Shown piece by piece: positions 55,655 to 64,000 of a stretch of 64,000 nt of DNA. Position numbers and translations under genes: made by a program. Position 1 is the stretch's first letter, and each line of letters opens with the position of its first letter. The notes beneath the pieces were generated by a model that was given only the letters and a program-made list of their open reading frames with translations, made no database searches and had not been told where the DNA came from. The stretch is from Planctomycetota bacterium (GTDB lineage Bacteria; Planctomycetota; UBA11346). The DNA is taken from the NCBI GenBank assembly GCA_017302815.1, contig JAFLCQ010000001.1, positions 17,652 to 81,651 of the forward strand. Direction: 5' to 3'.

Positions 55655-57415
55655 TCACGGAACGTTGTCCGACGATACCATGAATGGGAATCCTGGAAAT
55701 TCCATGAATCCGGTGCATTCGATCTCGCCACCACCTGGAACCGGGATGTCCTTGCGTTCGACGTGCACGTCGCCCAGCCGGTAATTGATGACCTTCCTGC
55801 CTTCGAAATCGCAGACTGTGAAGACATAGCCTTCATTGGTGCTGTTGGTCCGCATCTGCTGCACGTGCACCGGATCGCTGAACCGGCTGTCGCGGAAACG
55901 CCGATAGCACTCACCCCCGGTGGGGGTGATCTCGACCCAGTCGATCTCCTTGTCGCCACGACAGGCGATGAGGAATACGTAGTTGATGGAGTCCCACGAT
56001 CCGGTTCCGGATCCCTGCGTGGTCCGGAGGCGATCGCCCTGGCGCTGATGTGAAATGGCCACCGGATTGTACCCGATCGGGATGGTGACGTGCGGTTGGA
56101 CGTCGGCGGGGGCTGCCGGTGCTGTGGTGAGCAGGCCGCCGACGGTGAAGACCCGCAATTCGCCGGCTTCGCAGGCGATGGCTGCGATAGCCGGACGTCC
56201 GTGGGCGGCGCGCATCGATGTCCGAACCGCGGTGGGGGTTGGAACGGTGATGGTCGTGACCGGAAGCGGGGTCATGGTCGGATCGTGTTTGAAGCTGTAT
56301 GGCCACTTCCCGTCCGCGAGATCGAATCCTTGTGCCTTCGCTGCCGCCTCGGCGGTCGTGAAGCAATGCCGCTGGATGCCGGCGAATAGCGGCTGGAGAT
56401 CGATGAAGGACGCCTGATTCCCGGTCTTCGAGATGATCACGGCGTATCCGGATGCCGCGATTTGCGGGTCGACTGCGAGTCGCTGCCGCGCTTGAGGCGT
56501 GGAGTAATCCAGCTCGTATACGAATTGGGGTGCCGGGATGCGAGGATTGCTGGCGGCTGTACATGCAATACCGCTGGGCAGCTCCAGACCAGGGATGTCG
56601 ACGTAGCCCAGGAGCTTTATCAGGTTGTGCACTCCCCAGTTCGGCAGGCATGATCCGACCTTGCCTTTGTCGCGAAGACCGAGCGCAAGAACGGCCAATT
56701 GAGCCATCTGCTGCTTGGCATCCCAGATCGTCACGAGCAGGAACTCGTTCTTATTCGTTACGGCCAGCGAAGTCGGCCATTTATGCGGAGGGAACCTGAA
56801 CGAGGGATAGTATTTCACATTGTTGACCGAACCTGATCCGATCAATCCATTGTTGAAGATGATGAAGCCGATGCCGGAATAGGCGGAATATGCCCTCTCC
56901 ACGAAGAATGGCCGGCCTACCTCTCCCCACGACTGCTCCAGAACGCCAGGTTCCGGGTGGCTTCCCCCCCACCAGGAAGGCGCCGGGGTGAATTGCAACG
57001 TGTTGTGGTTGTAATCGCCGATGATGATGCGGTCCACACCAGCGTCGGATCGCTTGTCGGGAACGTACAGAACCTGTCCCTGGGTGCACCAGTAATTGCC
57101 TGCTTCGGCCTTGGGGGTTCCGAAGTTGTAGATCGGTTTATGGCCGAACGGAAGTCGTTGCATCGATGCCAACGGAACAGTCACCGGCTTGATTTCCGGC
57201 CAATCCGGGCGTTCGGCCTTGGGCCGGGTGCGCGGACCGAGCCGTTCGTTGATGGACCTGAGATCGCCTGGATGCGCCATCGCCGCATATCGGCTTCGGT
57301 TGACGCGCTGGGGAGATGCTCCGGACTCTGGCGAGGCCGCATCCTCTGCGAGGCAGATGCCATGGGTCAGGCCCAGTATCAGGATGAGGATCCGGATGCG
57401 CTGGAATCGCAGCAT
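55655..57415 (-). CDS. Secreted hypothetical protein
   Basis: Signal peptide MLRFQRIRILILILGLTHGICLA. 586 aa with beta-rich composition. No motif I recognise. Confidence 0.6.
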   Translation of the reverse strand: MLRFQRIRILILILGLTHGICLAEDAASPESGASPQRVNRSRYAAMAHPGDLRSINERLGPRTRPKAERPDWPEIKPVTVPLASMQRLPFGHKPIYNFGTPKAEAGNYWCTQGQVLYVPDKRSDAGVDRIIIGDYNHNTLQFTPAPSWWGGSHPEPGVLEQSWGEVGRPFFVERAYSAYSGIGFIIFNNGLIGSGSVNNVKYYPSFRFPPHKWPTSLAVTNKNEFLLVTIWDAKQQMAQLAVLALGLRDKGKVGSCLPNWGVHNLIKLLGYVDIPGLELPSGIACTAASNPRIPAPQFVYELDYSTPQARQRLAVDPQIAASGYAVIISKTGNQASFIDLQPLFAGIQRHCFTTAEAAAKAQGFDLADGKWPYSFKHDPTMTPLPVTTITVPTPTAVRTSMRAAHGRPAIAAIACEAGELRVFTVGGLLTTAPAAPADVQPHVTIPIGYNPVAISHQRQGDRLRTTQGSGTGSWDSINYVFLIACRGDKEIDWVEITPTGGECYRRFRDSRFSDPVHVQQMRTNSTNEGYVFTVCDFEGRKVINYRLGDVHVERKDIPVPGGGEIECTGFMEFPGFPFMVSSDNVP

Positions 57416-57471
57416 ATGCGGCTCATCCTATCGTCTGATCCAGGCTATGTGGTGGTTTTTTGTCGTTGACT

Positions 57472-59166
57472 TTAGTCCGACGCGGGAGTGGTTGGGTGAC
57501 GGCGCCCCTCGCTTGGCGGGATCGGAGCATCGAACCCTGTGATATCGCCATGACAGGCGCGCATCTCCCATTCTGCGCGTCGAGGCTGATGCAGCAGATG
57601 CTCGGCGTCATTGAAGAACGCGATCGACGCCCCATCGGCAAGCAGCCGCTGCTGGAGTGCAGGAACTGAGAGCGCGGCAACTGCGATGCCGCTCCGATGC
57701 GCCAGCGAAGCCGCGCAGCCTGCCACCTCTCCGAGGTGGATCCAGCAGGGTTCAAGTCGGACCGAACCCCAGGCGACGTGGGTCGTACTGATGCAGACGG
57801 AAACCAGCAGATTGTCGATTCCTCTGGGCAGCATTGCGGCGTAGGGGATCATGCCGGGCCGGTATGAGGCCGTGATGATGAGCTTGCCGTCGTATCGGTA
57901 GCCGTCCGGCCGGCAGTCCCAGGCTGGTCCGTAGGTTCCATCCCGGGTGCAACTGTGACTGTCCATATACCAGTCCGTGAAGCAGATGCTGTCCGCGAAG
58001 GCCTTCGGTCTCGGGTCGTCTTCGCGCGTGGCGAAGTCGTGCTCGGTCAGGATGGTGCGACCGCGCATGCGCCGTGCCTCGCGCACATACATCTCATAGG
58101 GCAGATGCCCGTTATCTGTCCATTCTCTGGCATCCAGGCCCCAGAGGCGGTTTGCATCGCGTTGCGACATGGTCAGCTCGCTGTCGTTCTGCAGGAAAAA
58201 CATCCATCCCAGCAGGAAGTCGCGATGTCGCCGGGTTATGGCTTCCCGCGTTGTCCAGTCGGCTTGGGGATAGGCATGATTCTCGCCTGGTAGAATCACC
58301 GCATTGCACGTGGATGTGCGATCGATGCCACCGCCTGCTGGCAAGTAGATCCGGGTGTAGGTCACGTAACGGGTTCGGTCGTAGTCTGGTGGTGGCGTGT
58401 CAGGCAGGATACGTCTGGTCGGGTCGTCGGTAAGGGTAGGTCGGAGGTTGTAGGCCTGGATCGCGCCATCGCCCGTCCCAGGACTGTCGGGATGGCTCAG
58501 CGACATGGACAGGCCATAGGGTCGTAGCTGGGCACCGGCAGATCCTGAAGCCTGCGGCATGGGTTCTGCTGCGCCGGTGAATATCCGTCCGGCGTGCGGT
58601 TCGCCGAATTCGCAGCGTCCCTCGCGTCCGATATGGAATTCCACCCCGGCGAGAGCGAGGAGGTCGCCTTCGTAAGTCGCATCGACGAAGGTGGTCGCCC
58701 GCACGTCGTGCCGTTCCGTGGAATCCTTGCTGGCGATGGTGACGGCGACGATGCGCCGGTTGTCCACCTCTACTGCAACCGGAATGCGGTTGCGCAGCAC
58801 CGTGATGGAGGATTCACCGGCCACGAGTTTCTCGAATATCCGATTGATGGATCGACTGGAGAAGCTGCCGACCGGATGCCGTGAGTGGTCATACACAGGC
58901 TGCCCGGCGTCGTCGCCGCCACGGCGCTCGTCTTCGAGATGGCAGAGGATCTCACGGAAGATCGGACAGCGGCGGTGGTCCGACAGTGCGTCCCATTGGC
59001 CGAGCCCGTTGATGCACATCCCGCCGATGTGGCCATCATGCTGGGTGAGCAGCACGCGAAGCCCATCGCGCGCGGCGCGCAGCGAAGCGGAAATGCCTGA
59101 TGGAGTGGCGCCGATGACGACCAGATCAAAGCTGGATGTGCCCGGCGTGGTGATGCTTGATTCCAT
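57472..59166 (-). CDS. FAD-dependent oxidoreductase (FAD_oxidored-type, common in PVC glycan loci)
   Basis: N-terminal dinucleotide-binding motif DLVVIGATPSGISASLRAARDGLRVLLTQHDGHIGGM. Confidence 0.8.
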   Translation of the reverse strand: MESSITTPGTSSFDLVVIGATPSGISASLRAARDGLRVLLTQHDGHIGGMCINGLGQWDALSDHRRCPIFREILCHLEDERRGGDDAGQPVYDHSRHPVGSFSSRSINRIFEKLVAGESSITVLRNRIPVAVEVDNRRIVAVTIASKDSTERHDVRATTFVDATYEGDLLALAGVEFHIGREGRCEFGEPHAGRIFTGAAEPMPQASGSAGAQLRPYGLSMSLSHPDSPGTGDGAIQAYNLRPTLTDDPTRRILPDTPPPDYDRTRYVTYTRIYLPAGGGIDRTSTCNAVILPGENHAYPQADWTTREAITRRHRDFLLGWMFFLQNDSELTMSQRDANRLWGLDAREWTDNGHLPYEMYVREARRMRGRTILTEHDFATREDDPRPKAFADSICFTDWYMDSHSCTRDGTYGPAWDCRPDGYRYDGKLIITASYRPGMIPYAAMLPRGIDNLLVSVCISTTHVAWGSVRLEPCWIHLGEVAGCAASLAHRSGIAVAALSVPALQQRLLADGASIAFFNDAEHLLHQPRRAEWEMRACHGDITGFDAPIPPSEGRRHPTTPASD

Positions 59167-59297
59167 GTTGCTGATGATCGTGGCTCATTGCCGGATTTGC
59201 CATGGCTGTTGTCATTCCCTGATGTACAAAATAACGCATGGTTACAGATCCGATGGTGTGGCTTAGTGGGATAAGCAGGATAATTTGTTCTGGTAGG

Positions 59298-60104
59298 ATG
59301 TGCGTAAAGATCCATAAGGCGGACTGCAGCGTGGTGCCGCCCATCGGATCTTCGCAGACCGTGGCTCCGCGCCTCCAGGTCGTCCTTGATGGCCGGCGTC
59401 GCATGCGAGCCGCCTGGCATGGGCGGGAAGTCATCCTCGATCTGCGCCAAGGCGATCTGCTCGTCGCGCATCCAGGGGCCTGGCTCAAGGCTGACGGCGC
59501 GTCGGCATTCTCCTCATTAGCCGTGGTCTACGGCGACCGTTTCCTGCGTTGTTCACATCGGCCATGGGGCATGCACCGGGCTCCGCTCGGTCCTCCCCCG
59601 CACTGGTGCCACAGCATGCGTCCACCGTCGCCGATCCTGAACGCTCTTCTCGTAGCTGTGCTGGCCGTCGATCATGGCGATGGTGGCGCCATAGATGCAC
59701 TCGCCGTTGGGCGCGCCTTGGCCATAGCCACAATCGTCGAGATCGTCCGCGATCTGCACCGACCAGAGCCGCATGGCGAGCGTTCCAGACGAACCTGGGA
59801 GGCCATGTGCCTATGGATGGAGGAGCAGCTTCATCGCGACGTCGGACGCGGCGAGGTTGCACGTGCGGTCGGCATCACACCAAATCATGCCACACGCCTA
59901 TTCGCGCGTTTCTCCAGCAGGGGGTTCCTTGCCCATCTGACGGAGTTGCGGCTTGCCCGCGCCCGTGATCTCCTGGTCGGCAGCGGGCATCCGGTCGCGA
60001 CCATCGCCGCCGGATGCGGTATGTCGACTCATCGCCTTATCCGATCCTTCAAACGCAGGTTTGGCACAACTCCGGGCGTCTTCCGTTCGCGTACACGCCA
60101 TTAG
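59298..60104 (+). CDS. AraC-family transcriptional regulator
   Basis: C-terminal HTH pair (VARAVGITPNHATRLFARF...IAAGCGMSTHRLIRSFKRRFGTTPGVFR) and a cupin-like N-terminal half. Start uncertain (59238 or 59298). Confidence 0.82.
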   Translation: MCVKIHKADCSVVPPIGSSQTVAPRLQVVLDGRRRMRAAWHGREVILDLRQGDLLVAHPGAWLKADGASAFSSLAVVYGDRFLRCSHRPWGMHRAPLGPPPHWCHSMRPPSPILNALLVAVLAVDHGDGGAIDALAVGRALAIATIVEIVRDLHRPEPHGERSRRTWEAMCLWMEEQLHRDVGRGEVARAVGITPNHATRLFARFSSRGFLAHLTELRLARARDLLVGSGHPVATIAAGCGMSTHRLIRSFKRRFGTTPGVFRSRTRH

Positions 60105-60227
60105 CCATGCGTGCTCGATGCATCGATACGGACATCGATGCTCCGCAGCGGCATGTGATCCCGACCGGGCTACCAGGATTCGCAAGTCCTTCCTGGGTTG
60201 TACATGCGCGATGCATGGCGGACCTGG

Positions 60228-61007
60228 CTAGGCTGGCCGGCTGGGTGTGGATTTCGGCCCCGGTCCGGCCCGCCATCGAACCGGCGCCACCCCGGTGACG
60301 CTGCGGAAGACCCGGGAGAAGTGGAATGGATTCGCGAAGCCCAGGGCGGCGGAAACCTCTGTGACGCTCGATCGCCCGTCGGACAAGCGCTCGGCCGCCA
60401 GGGCGATGCGCTTCTCACGGATGTACCGCATCGGCGTGCGTCCGAGTGCGGATGAAAAGCACCGTGCGAGGTGGTCGCTGCTTACACCGCAGACGGCCGC
60501 CAGCTGCTTGACGCTGGGAGGATTGGCCAGGCGCGCGTCGATCAGCGACAGAGCAGGCGCGATCACCGTCGCCGTCCGGTCATCGGCCTGCGGTTCGGTG
60601 GCGCCGGAGAGGGCTGTCTCCACCGATCTGCACAGCAGGGCCTGCACGGCCATGGCGAAGGCGGCGGATCCCACCTGTCCCCCGGGCCATGCCGCTCCGG
60701 GGATCTCGCAGGGACGGATGGCGGTGCGGCGCAGCCACGCCTCGGGCAGGCCGACGACCTGGAAGTGGATGAAGCGGTGGCGGATGCTGCCTTCGGCCCT
60801 GCCCTTGAAGACGACCCATGCCGGAACGAGATAGCAGTGATGCGGCTCCAGGTGCAGGTGGACGCCTTCGGAGGAGCGGATGGAGGCGCCGGGGTCGAGA
60901 TTGCAGTACAAGCGCCAGAACGGGTTGCACTCACGCCGACACCACCAGCGATCGATGATGGTCTCGGATACAGCTAGGGCTCGGCAACAGGGCAAGTCCC
61001 GGATCAC
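60228..61007 (-). CDS. AraC-family transcriptional regulator
   Basis: C-terminal HTH pair (LAAVCGVSSDHLARCFSSALGRTPMRYIREKR...VSAALGFANPFHFSRVFRSVTGVAPVRWR). Divergent from the GH95-like gene. Confidence 0.85.
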   Translation of the reverse strand: MIRDLPCCRALAVSETIIDRWWCRRECNPFWRLYCNLDPGASIRSSEGVHLHLEPHHCYLVPAWVVFKGRAEGSIRHRFIHFQVVGLPEAWLRRTAIRPCEIPGAAWPGGQVGSAAFAMAVQALLCRSVETALSGATEPQADDRTATVIAPALSLIDARLANPPSVKQLAAVCGVSSDHLARCFSSALGRTPMRYIREKRIALAAERLSDGRSSVTEVSAALGFANPFHFSRVFRSVTGVAPVRWRAGPGPKSTPSRPA

Positions 61008-61092
61008 CTCGGCCAGTATATCGGAAATGGATATGAAGGCCAGGTTTCGGGCATGGGCAGTCCGCCGCGGCGCGCACGATCAGGGCAGGAGG

Positions 61093-63312
61093 ATGGCCAT
61101 GCATACGAACGGACGACAGGTGAACTGGAGCTTTCCGCTGCCGCGTGCCACCGCAGGCGTCCCGCTGGGCAACGGCAACGTCGGAGTGCTGGTGTGGGGC
61201 GACGCCTCGCTGCATCTGACCCTGGCACGAGCCGGCTTCTGGGATCGTCGCGGCGGCACACCCTTCCGTTCGCGCACCACCTATCGCGACCTGCGGCGGC
61301 TGCTTGAAGCCGGCGACGAGGCGGGGGTGCGCGCCGCCTTCGCGCCGCCAGACGGGCAGCCGGCGCAGGGCCGCCTGCTGCAGCAGCACGGCGGCGCGCG
61401 CTTCGTCCTCTCCCTGTCTGGATGGCATCCGGAACGCGCCGTCCTCGATCTGGCCGCCGGACTCCTGCGGGTGGAATGGACCGGTCCACGCGCGGTCACG
61501 GCATGCATGAGCATCGATCTGGCCATGCAGGGTGAGGCGGTCTGGTGCGCCTGGGACGAGGCCCTCGCCGGCATGGGGGTCGCATGCGTTCCGGCCGGCG
61601 AGCTGCAACGCGATGATCGCGCCGAACGAGGCATCGTCCCGCCGGAGATCAGCGTCGACGCCGATGGCGGCGGCGGTTGCGTGGTGCAACGTCTGCCCGC
61701 GGATCCGGCTCTCGCCATCGCCTGGCGTGTGCAGGGGCGTTCACTCGCCCTGGCGACCGCCCTCGGCGGATCGATGGATGAGGATCCCGCGGTCAGCGCG
61801 CGGTCCCGCTGCGCTGACGATCCGGGCGAGGCGCGCAGGCGTAGCGCGGCATGGTGGTCGGCATACTGGGCGGACGTCCCACGCTTCGATCTGCCGGACG
61901 CGATCGTGCAGCAGGCGGTCGATCTCGGACTGTGGAAGCAGGCCGGTCTGACTCCGCCGCAAGGCGTCGCCGCCGCGCTGCAGGGGCCGTGGATGGAGGA
62001 CCACCGTCCACCGCCATGGGCGAACGACTACCATTTCAACATCAACGTCGAGATGGTGTACGGACCATGCCTGCCGACCAACCGTGCGGCGCATCTCGAT
62101 CCGCTCTGGCGCATGCTGCGGGCGTGGCTTCCTGAGCTGCGCGCGAACGCTGCCGCCTTCTTCGGCGCCCCGGACGCGCTGATGCTCCCGCATGCGGTCG
62201 ATGACGGCTGCCGCGTGGTCGGCTCGTTCTGGACCGGCACCATCGATCACGCCTGCACTGCCTGGGTGGCGCTGATGGCGTGGGAGCACTGGCGCCACAC
62301 CCGCGATCGGAGGGTGCTGGAGGAGATCGCATGGCCGCTGCTGGCCGGAGCCTTCGGCGGATACCATGCAATGTGCGAGGAGCGCGAAGGTCGCCTGTCG
62401 CTGCCGGTCTCGGTCAGTCCGGAATACAACGGCTGCGGCATGGATGCCTGGGGGCGCGATGCCAGCTTCCAGCTCGCGGCCGCCCATGCGGTGACGCGGG
62501 CGCTGCAGCAGGCGGCCGCCGAACTCGGCCGGCCGATCGACCCGCGCTGGGCCGATTTGCGCTCGCGCCTGCCGCGCTGGACGACCTTCGGGTCGCCGCA
62601 GCGCATCGCCCTGTGGCAGGGGCGGGACCTGGAGTGCAGTCATCGCCATCATAGCCATCTCGCCGGCATCTGGCCCTTCAAGACCATCGACCCCGTCGCC
62701 GAACGCGAGGTGGTCGAGGCCAGCCTGAAGCACTGGACCAGGCACGGGGCCGGCGCCTGGTCCGGCTGGTGCATCCCGTGGGCTGCGGTGCTGTGCGCCC
62801 GCTGCGGCGCCGCCGATGCGGCGGTGGCCTGGCTGCACTGGTGGCAGGCGGCATTCACCAACTGCGGGCATGGCACCCTGCATGATGGCGTCGAGGCCGG
62901 CCTGACCGCGCTGAGCGGTCCATGGCCGCTGCGGCCGCAGGCCTCGCGCGATGGCGAGCTGATGCAGCTCGACGCAGCCATGGGGGTCCTGTGGGCGGTG
63001 TGCGAACTGCTGGTTCAGGATCGCGACGACCATCTCGCGATCCTCCCCAGTGTCCCCGAGGCGTGGGCGGACGCCTCCTTCGACGGCATCCGCACCCCGG
63101 GAGCGTTCCTGGTCGGAGCGACCGTGCGCCGGCGCCGGGTCGACGAGGTGCGAGTCCTCAGCACCACGGGTGGCGAGCTGGCGATCGCGCCCAACCTTGG
63201 GCCGGCCTTCACGGTCGACGGCGTGCACCACGAAGGGACTCTCCTGCGTGTGCCTACCGCACCCGGGCAGCACCTGGTGCTGCGACGCATGCTCGACGTC
63301 TGTTCGTTGTGA
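61093..63312 (+). CDS. Glycoside hydrolase family 95-like protein (alpha-L-fucosidase-type N-terminal domain plus (alpha/alpha)6 barrel)
   Basis: AGGAGG RBS directly before ATG 61093. N-terminus LPRATAGVPLGNGNVGVLVWGD...FWDRRGG and central WANDYHFNINVEMVYGP resemble GH95 signatures (PiGNGrlG; y..NiN.qMnYW). Confidence 0.75.
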   Translation: MAMHTNGRQVNWSFPLPRATAGVPLGNGNVGVLVWGDASLHLTLARAGFWDRRGGTPFRSRTTYRDLRRLLEAGDEAGVRAAFAPPDGQPAQGRLLQQHGGARFVLSLSGWHPERAVLDLAAGLLRVEWTGPRAVTACMSIDLAMQGEAVWCAWDEALAGMGVACVPAGELQRDDRAERGIVPPEISVDADGGGGCVVQRLPADPALAIAWRVQGRSLALATALGGSMDEDPAVSARSRCADDPGEARRRSAAWWSAYWADVPRFDLPDAIVQQAVDLGLWKQAGLTPPQGVAAALQGPWMEDHRPPPWANDYHFNINVEMVYGPCLPTNRAAHLDPLWRMLRAWLPELRANAAAFFGAPDALMLPHAVDDGCRVVGSFWTGTIDHACTAWVALMAWEHWRHTRDRRVLEEIAWPLLAGAFGGYHAMCEEREGRLSLPVSVSPEYNGCGMDAWGRDASFQLAAAHAVTRALQQAAAELGRPIDPRWADLRSRLPRWTTFGSPQRIALWQGRDLECSHRHHSHLAGIWPFKTIDPVAEREVVEASLKHWTRHGAGAWSGWCIPWAAVLCARCGAADAAVAWLHWWQAAFTNCGHGTLHDGVEAGLTALSGPWPLRPQASRDGELMQLDAAMGVLWAVCELLVQDRDDHLAILPSVPEAWADASFDGIRTPGAFLVGATVRRRRVDEVRVLSTTGGELAIAPNLGPAFTVDGVHHEGTLLRVPTAPGQHLVLRRMLDVCSL

Positions 63313-63597
63313 TGTCGGCTTGGCGTCCTTGGACGCTGACTTCGTCGGGAGCATGCTCCTCCGCCGGGCCCGTCCAAGCCGCTCTCTCTGTTCGAATCCG
63401 TCTTGGTTCACGGAATGAACAGCCCTCATAACCCGGGTCGATCTCCACCCCGGAGAAATAGAGAATCCGGCTTTCCGAGGGGGTGTTTGGCTTGGTCTCC
63501 AAGCGGAGAGCCCCGAAACGGAGAACGGGGTCGGAGCGGGAACCTTGGCAGAATCCGCGGAAAACGCGCGGGGTCCGGCGCCAGGTGTCAGATAACA

Positions 63598-63627
63598 AGA
63601 AACCCACGGCTTTCGCCGTGGGTTTCT
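63598..63627. terminator. 13-bp-stem hairpin AGAAACCCACGGC-tttc-GCCGTGGGTTTCT (bidirectional terminator-like)
   Basis: Perfect stem with T-rich sequence after it on both strands (CTTAGTT on plus, TGTTATCTG on minus). Lies 286 nt after the GH95-like stop. Confidence 0.6.
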
Positions 63628-63822
63628 CTTAGTTCGACGAACCGGACAGGGCTTATAACACGGGCAGAGAGCCGAGAGAGATTCCGGCCGGGCGGCGCTT
63701 TTCCGGGGTTGTCCGCCCCGTCCGGGCGAAGTCCTGGACCGGACAGAGAGATCCCGCCAACGCGAAACCCCACGGAAAACCGTGGGGTGTGCGCCGGCCT
63801 TGGGGCCTGGACCTGTTAGCGG

Positions 63823-63858
63823 AAAAGCCCCGGTTTTCACTGGGGCTTTTCTTTGGTT
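63823..63858 (+). terminator. Rho-independent terminator AAAAGCCCC-ggttttcact-GGGGCTTTT then CTTTGGTT
   Basis: GC core stem with a long T-rich tail on the plus strand. No CDS ends nearby, so it would terminate a noncoding plus-strand transcript. Confidence 0.6.
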
Positions 63859-64000
63859 GACCAAATGGGACGAGTGCCGAGCAATTCTCCGTCTGTAAGT
63901 CATTGTCAGAACAGGGCGAGAGAATGCATCCGACGCATAGCTTCATCGGCGAGACCACCACGTGATGATTGCCAAATGTGCCTTGTCTTTTATCATTCAT

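Noticed and set aside
63380-63860. RNase P RNA, tmRNA, SRP RNA or cobalamin riboswitch
   Set aside because: - RNase P: the partial look-alikes GAAGTCCTGG and ACAGGGCTTATA occur in the wrong order and spacing.
- tmRNA: GGATTCGAAC on the minus strand lacks a tRNA-like acceptor/T-arm and would overlap the GH95-like CDS.
- SRP RNA: there is no GGAA-capped helix 8 motif.
- Cobalamin riboswitch: GGGAACC..GAATCC resembles part of the core, but the B12 box is absent.

I cannot assign a family by eye.
61741-63903. 720-aa minus-strand ORF
   Set aside because: It is antisense to the GH95-like gene for most of its length and runs on through the noncoding tail. The composition is Arg/Pro/Gly-rich nonsense. 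It is a by-product of high G+C.
1-64000. CRISPR arrays, rRNA, IS elements/transposases, integrases
   Set aside because: Reading both strands, I saw no regularly spaced direct repeats, rRNA-like conserved blocks, DDE/tyrosine-recombinase-like ORFs or terminal inverted repeats.
63653-64000. 115-aa minus-strand ORF starting at the window edge (MNDKRQGTFGNHH...)
   Set aside because: It crosses two terminator hairpins and the hairpin-rich region, its composition shifts abruptly, and it has no motif. A short peptide encoded only in the AT-richer first ~50 codons cannot be excluded, but it is not supported.

Overview
GC-rich bacterial chromosomal window; third codon positions are mostly G/C, so long spurious antisense ORFs are common. 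The gene content (many prepilin-like proteins, giant secreted CBM/beta-propeller proteins, dense CAZymes) suggests a PVC-type organism (Planctomycetota/Verrucomicrobiota-like). That placement is inference only.

Blocks:
1. 0.4-12.4 kb: metal-homeostasis cluster. It holds an HME-RND CzcCBA/CusCBA-type pump, two small Cys-rich periplasmic lipoproteins, an ArsR-family regulator with a secreted Cys protein, a MacB-like ABC pair, a SAM methyltransferase, and an RcnR/CsoR-type repressor with an RcnA-type Ni/Co exporter.
2. 12.5-15.7 kb: small accessory module (DUF4238, RHH protein, DUF3800). Its right edge is a 45-nt tRNA-Gly(GCC) 3' fragment followed by a strong terminator, which looks like an integration scar.
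3. 15.9-43.4 kb: glycan-utilisation locus. It encodes heparinase II/III-like lyase, BNR sialidase, DapA/NanA-like lyase, GH28, a pectate-lyase-fold protein, AraC and GntR regulators, and a Calx-beta surface protein. Three giant paralogous CBM9-like/FlgD-Ig/beta-propeller proteins are interleaved with these, and one of them is frameshifted.
4. 43.5-55.5 kb: tightly coupled operon of seven prepilin-like proteins, one about 1090 aa, with an embedded membrane pseudokinase. No ATPase, platform, secretin or prepilin peptidase lies in the window. This is my best candidate for an undescribed system.
5. 55.6-63.3 kb: secreted hypothetical protein, FAD oxidoreductase, two AraC regulators and a GH95-like hydrolase.
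6. 63.3-64.0 kb: ORF-poor, hairpin-dense region with two intrinsic-terminator-like hairpins; possible ncRNA.

I found no rRNA, intact tRNA, CRISPR array, transposase or integrase. All family assignments rest on motifs I recognise by eye; no database search was run.
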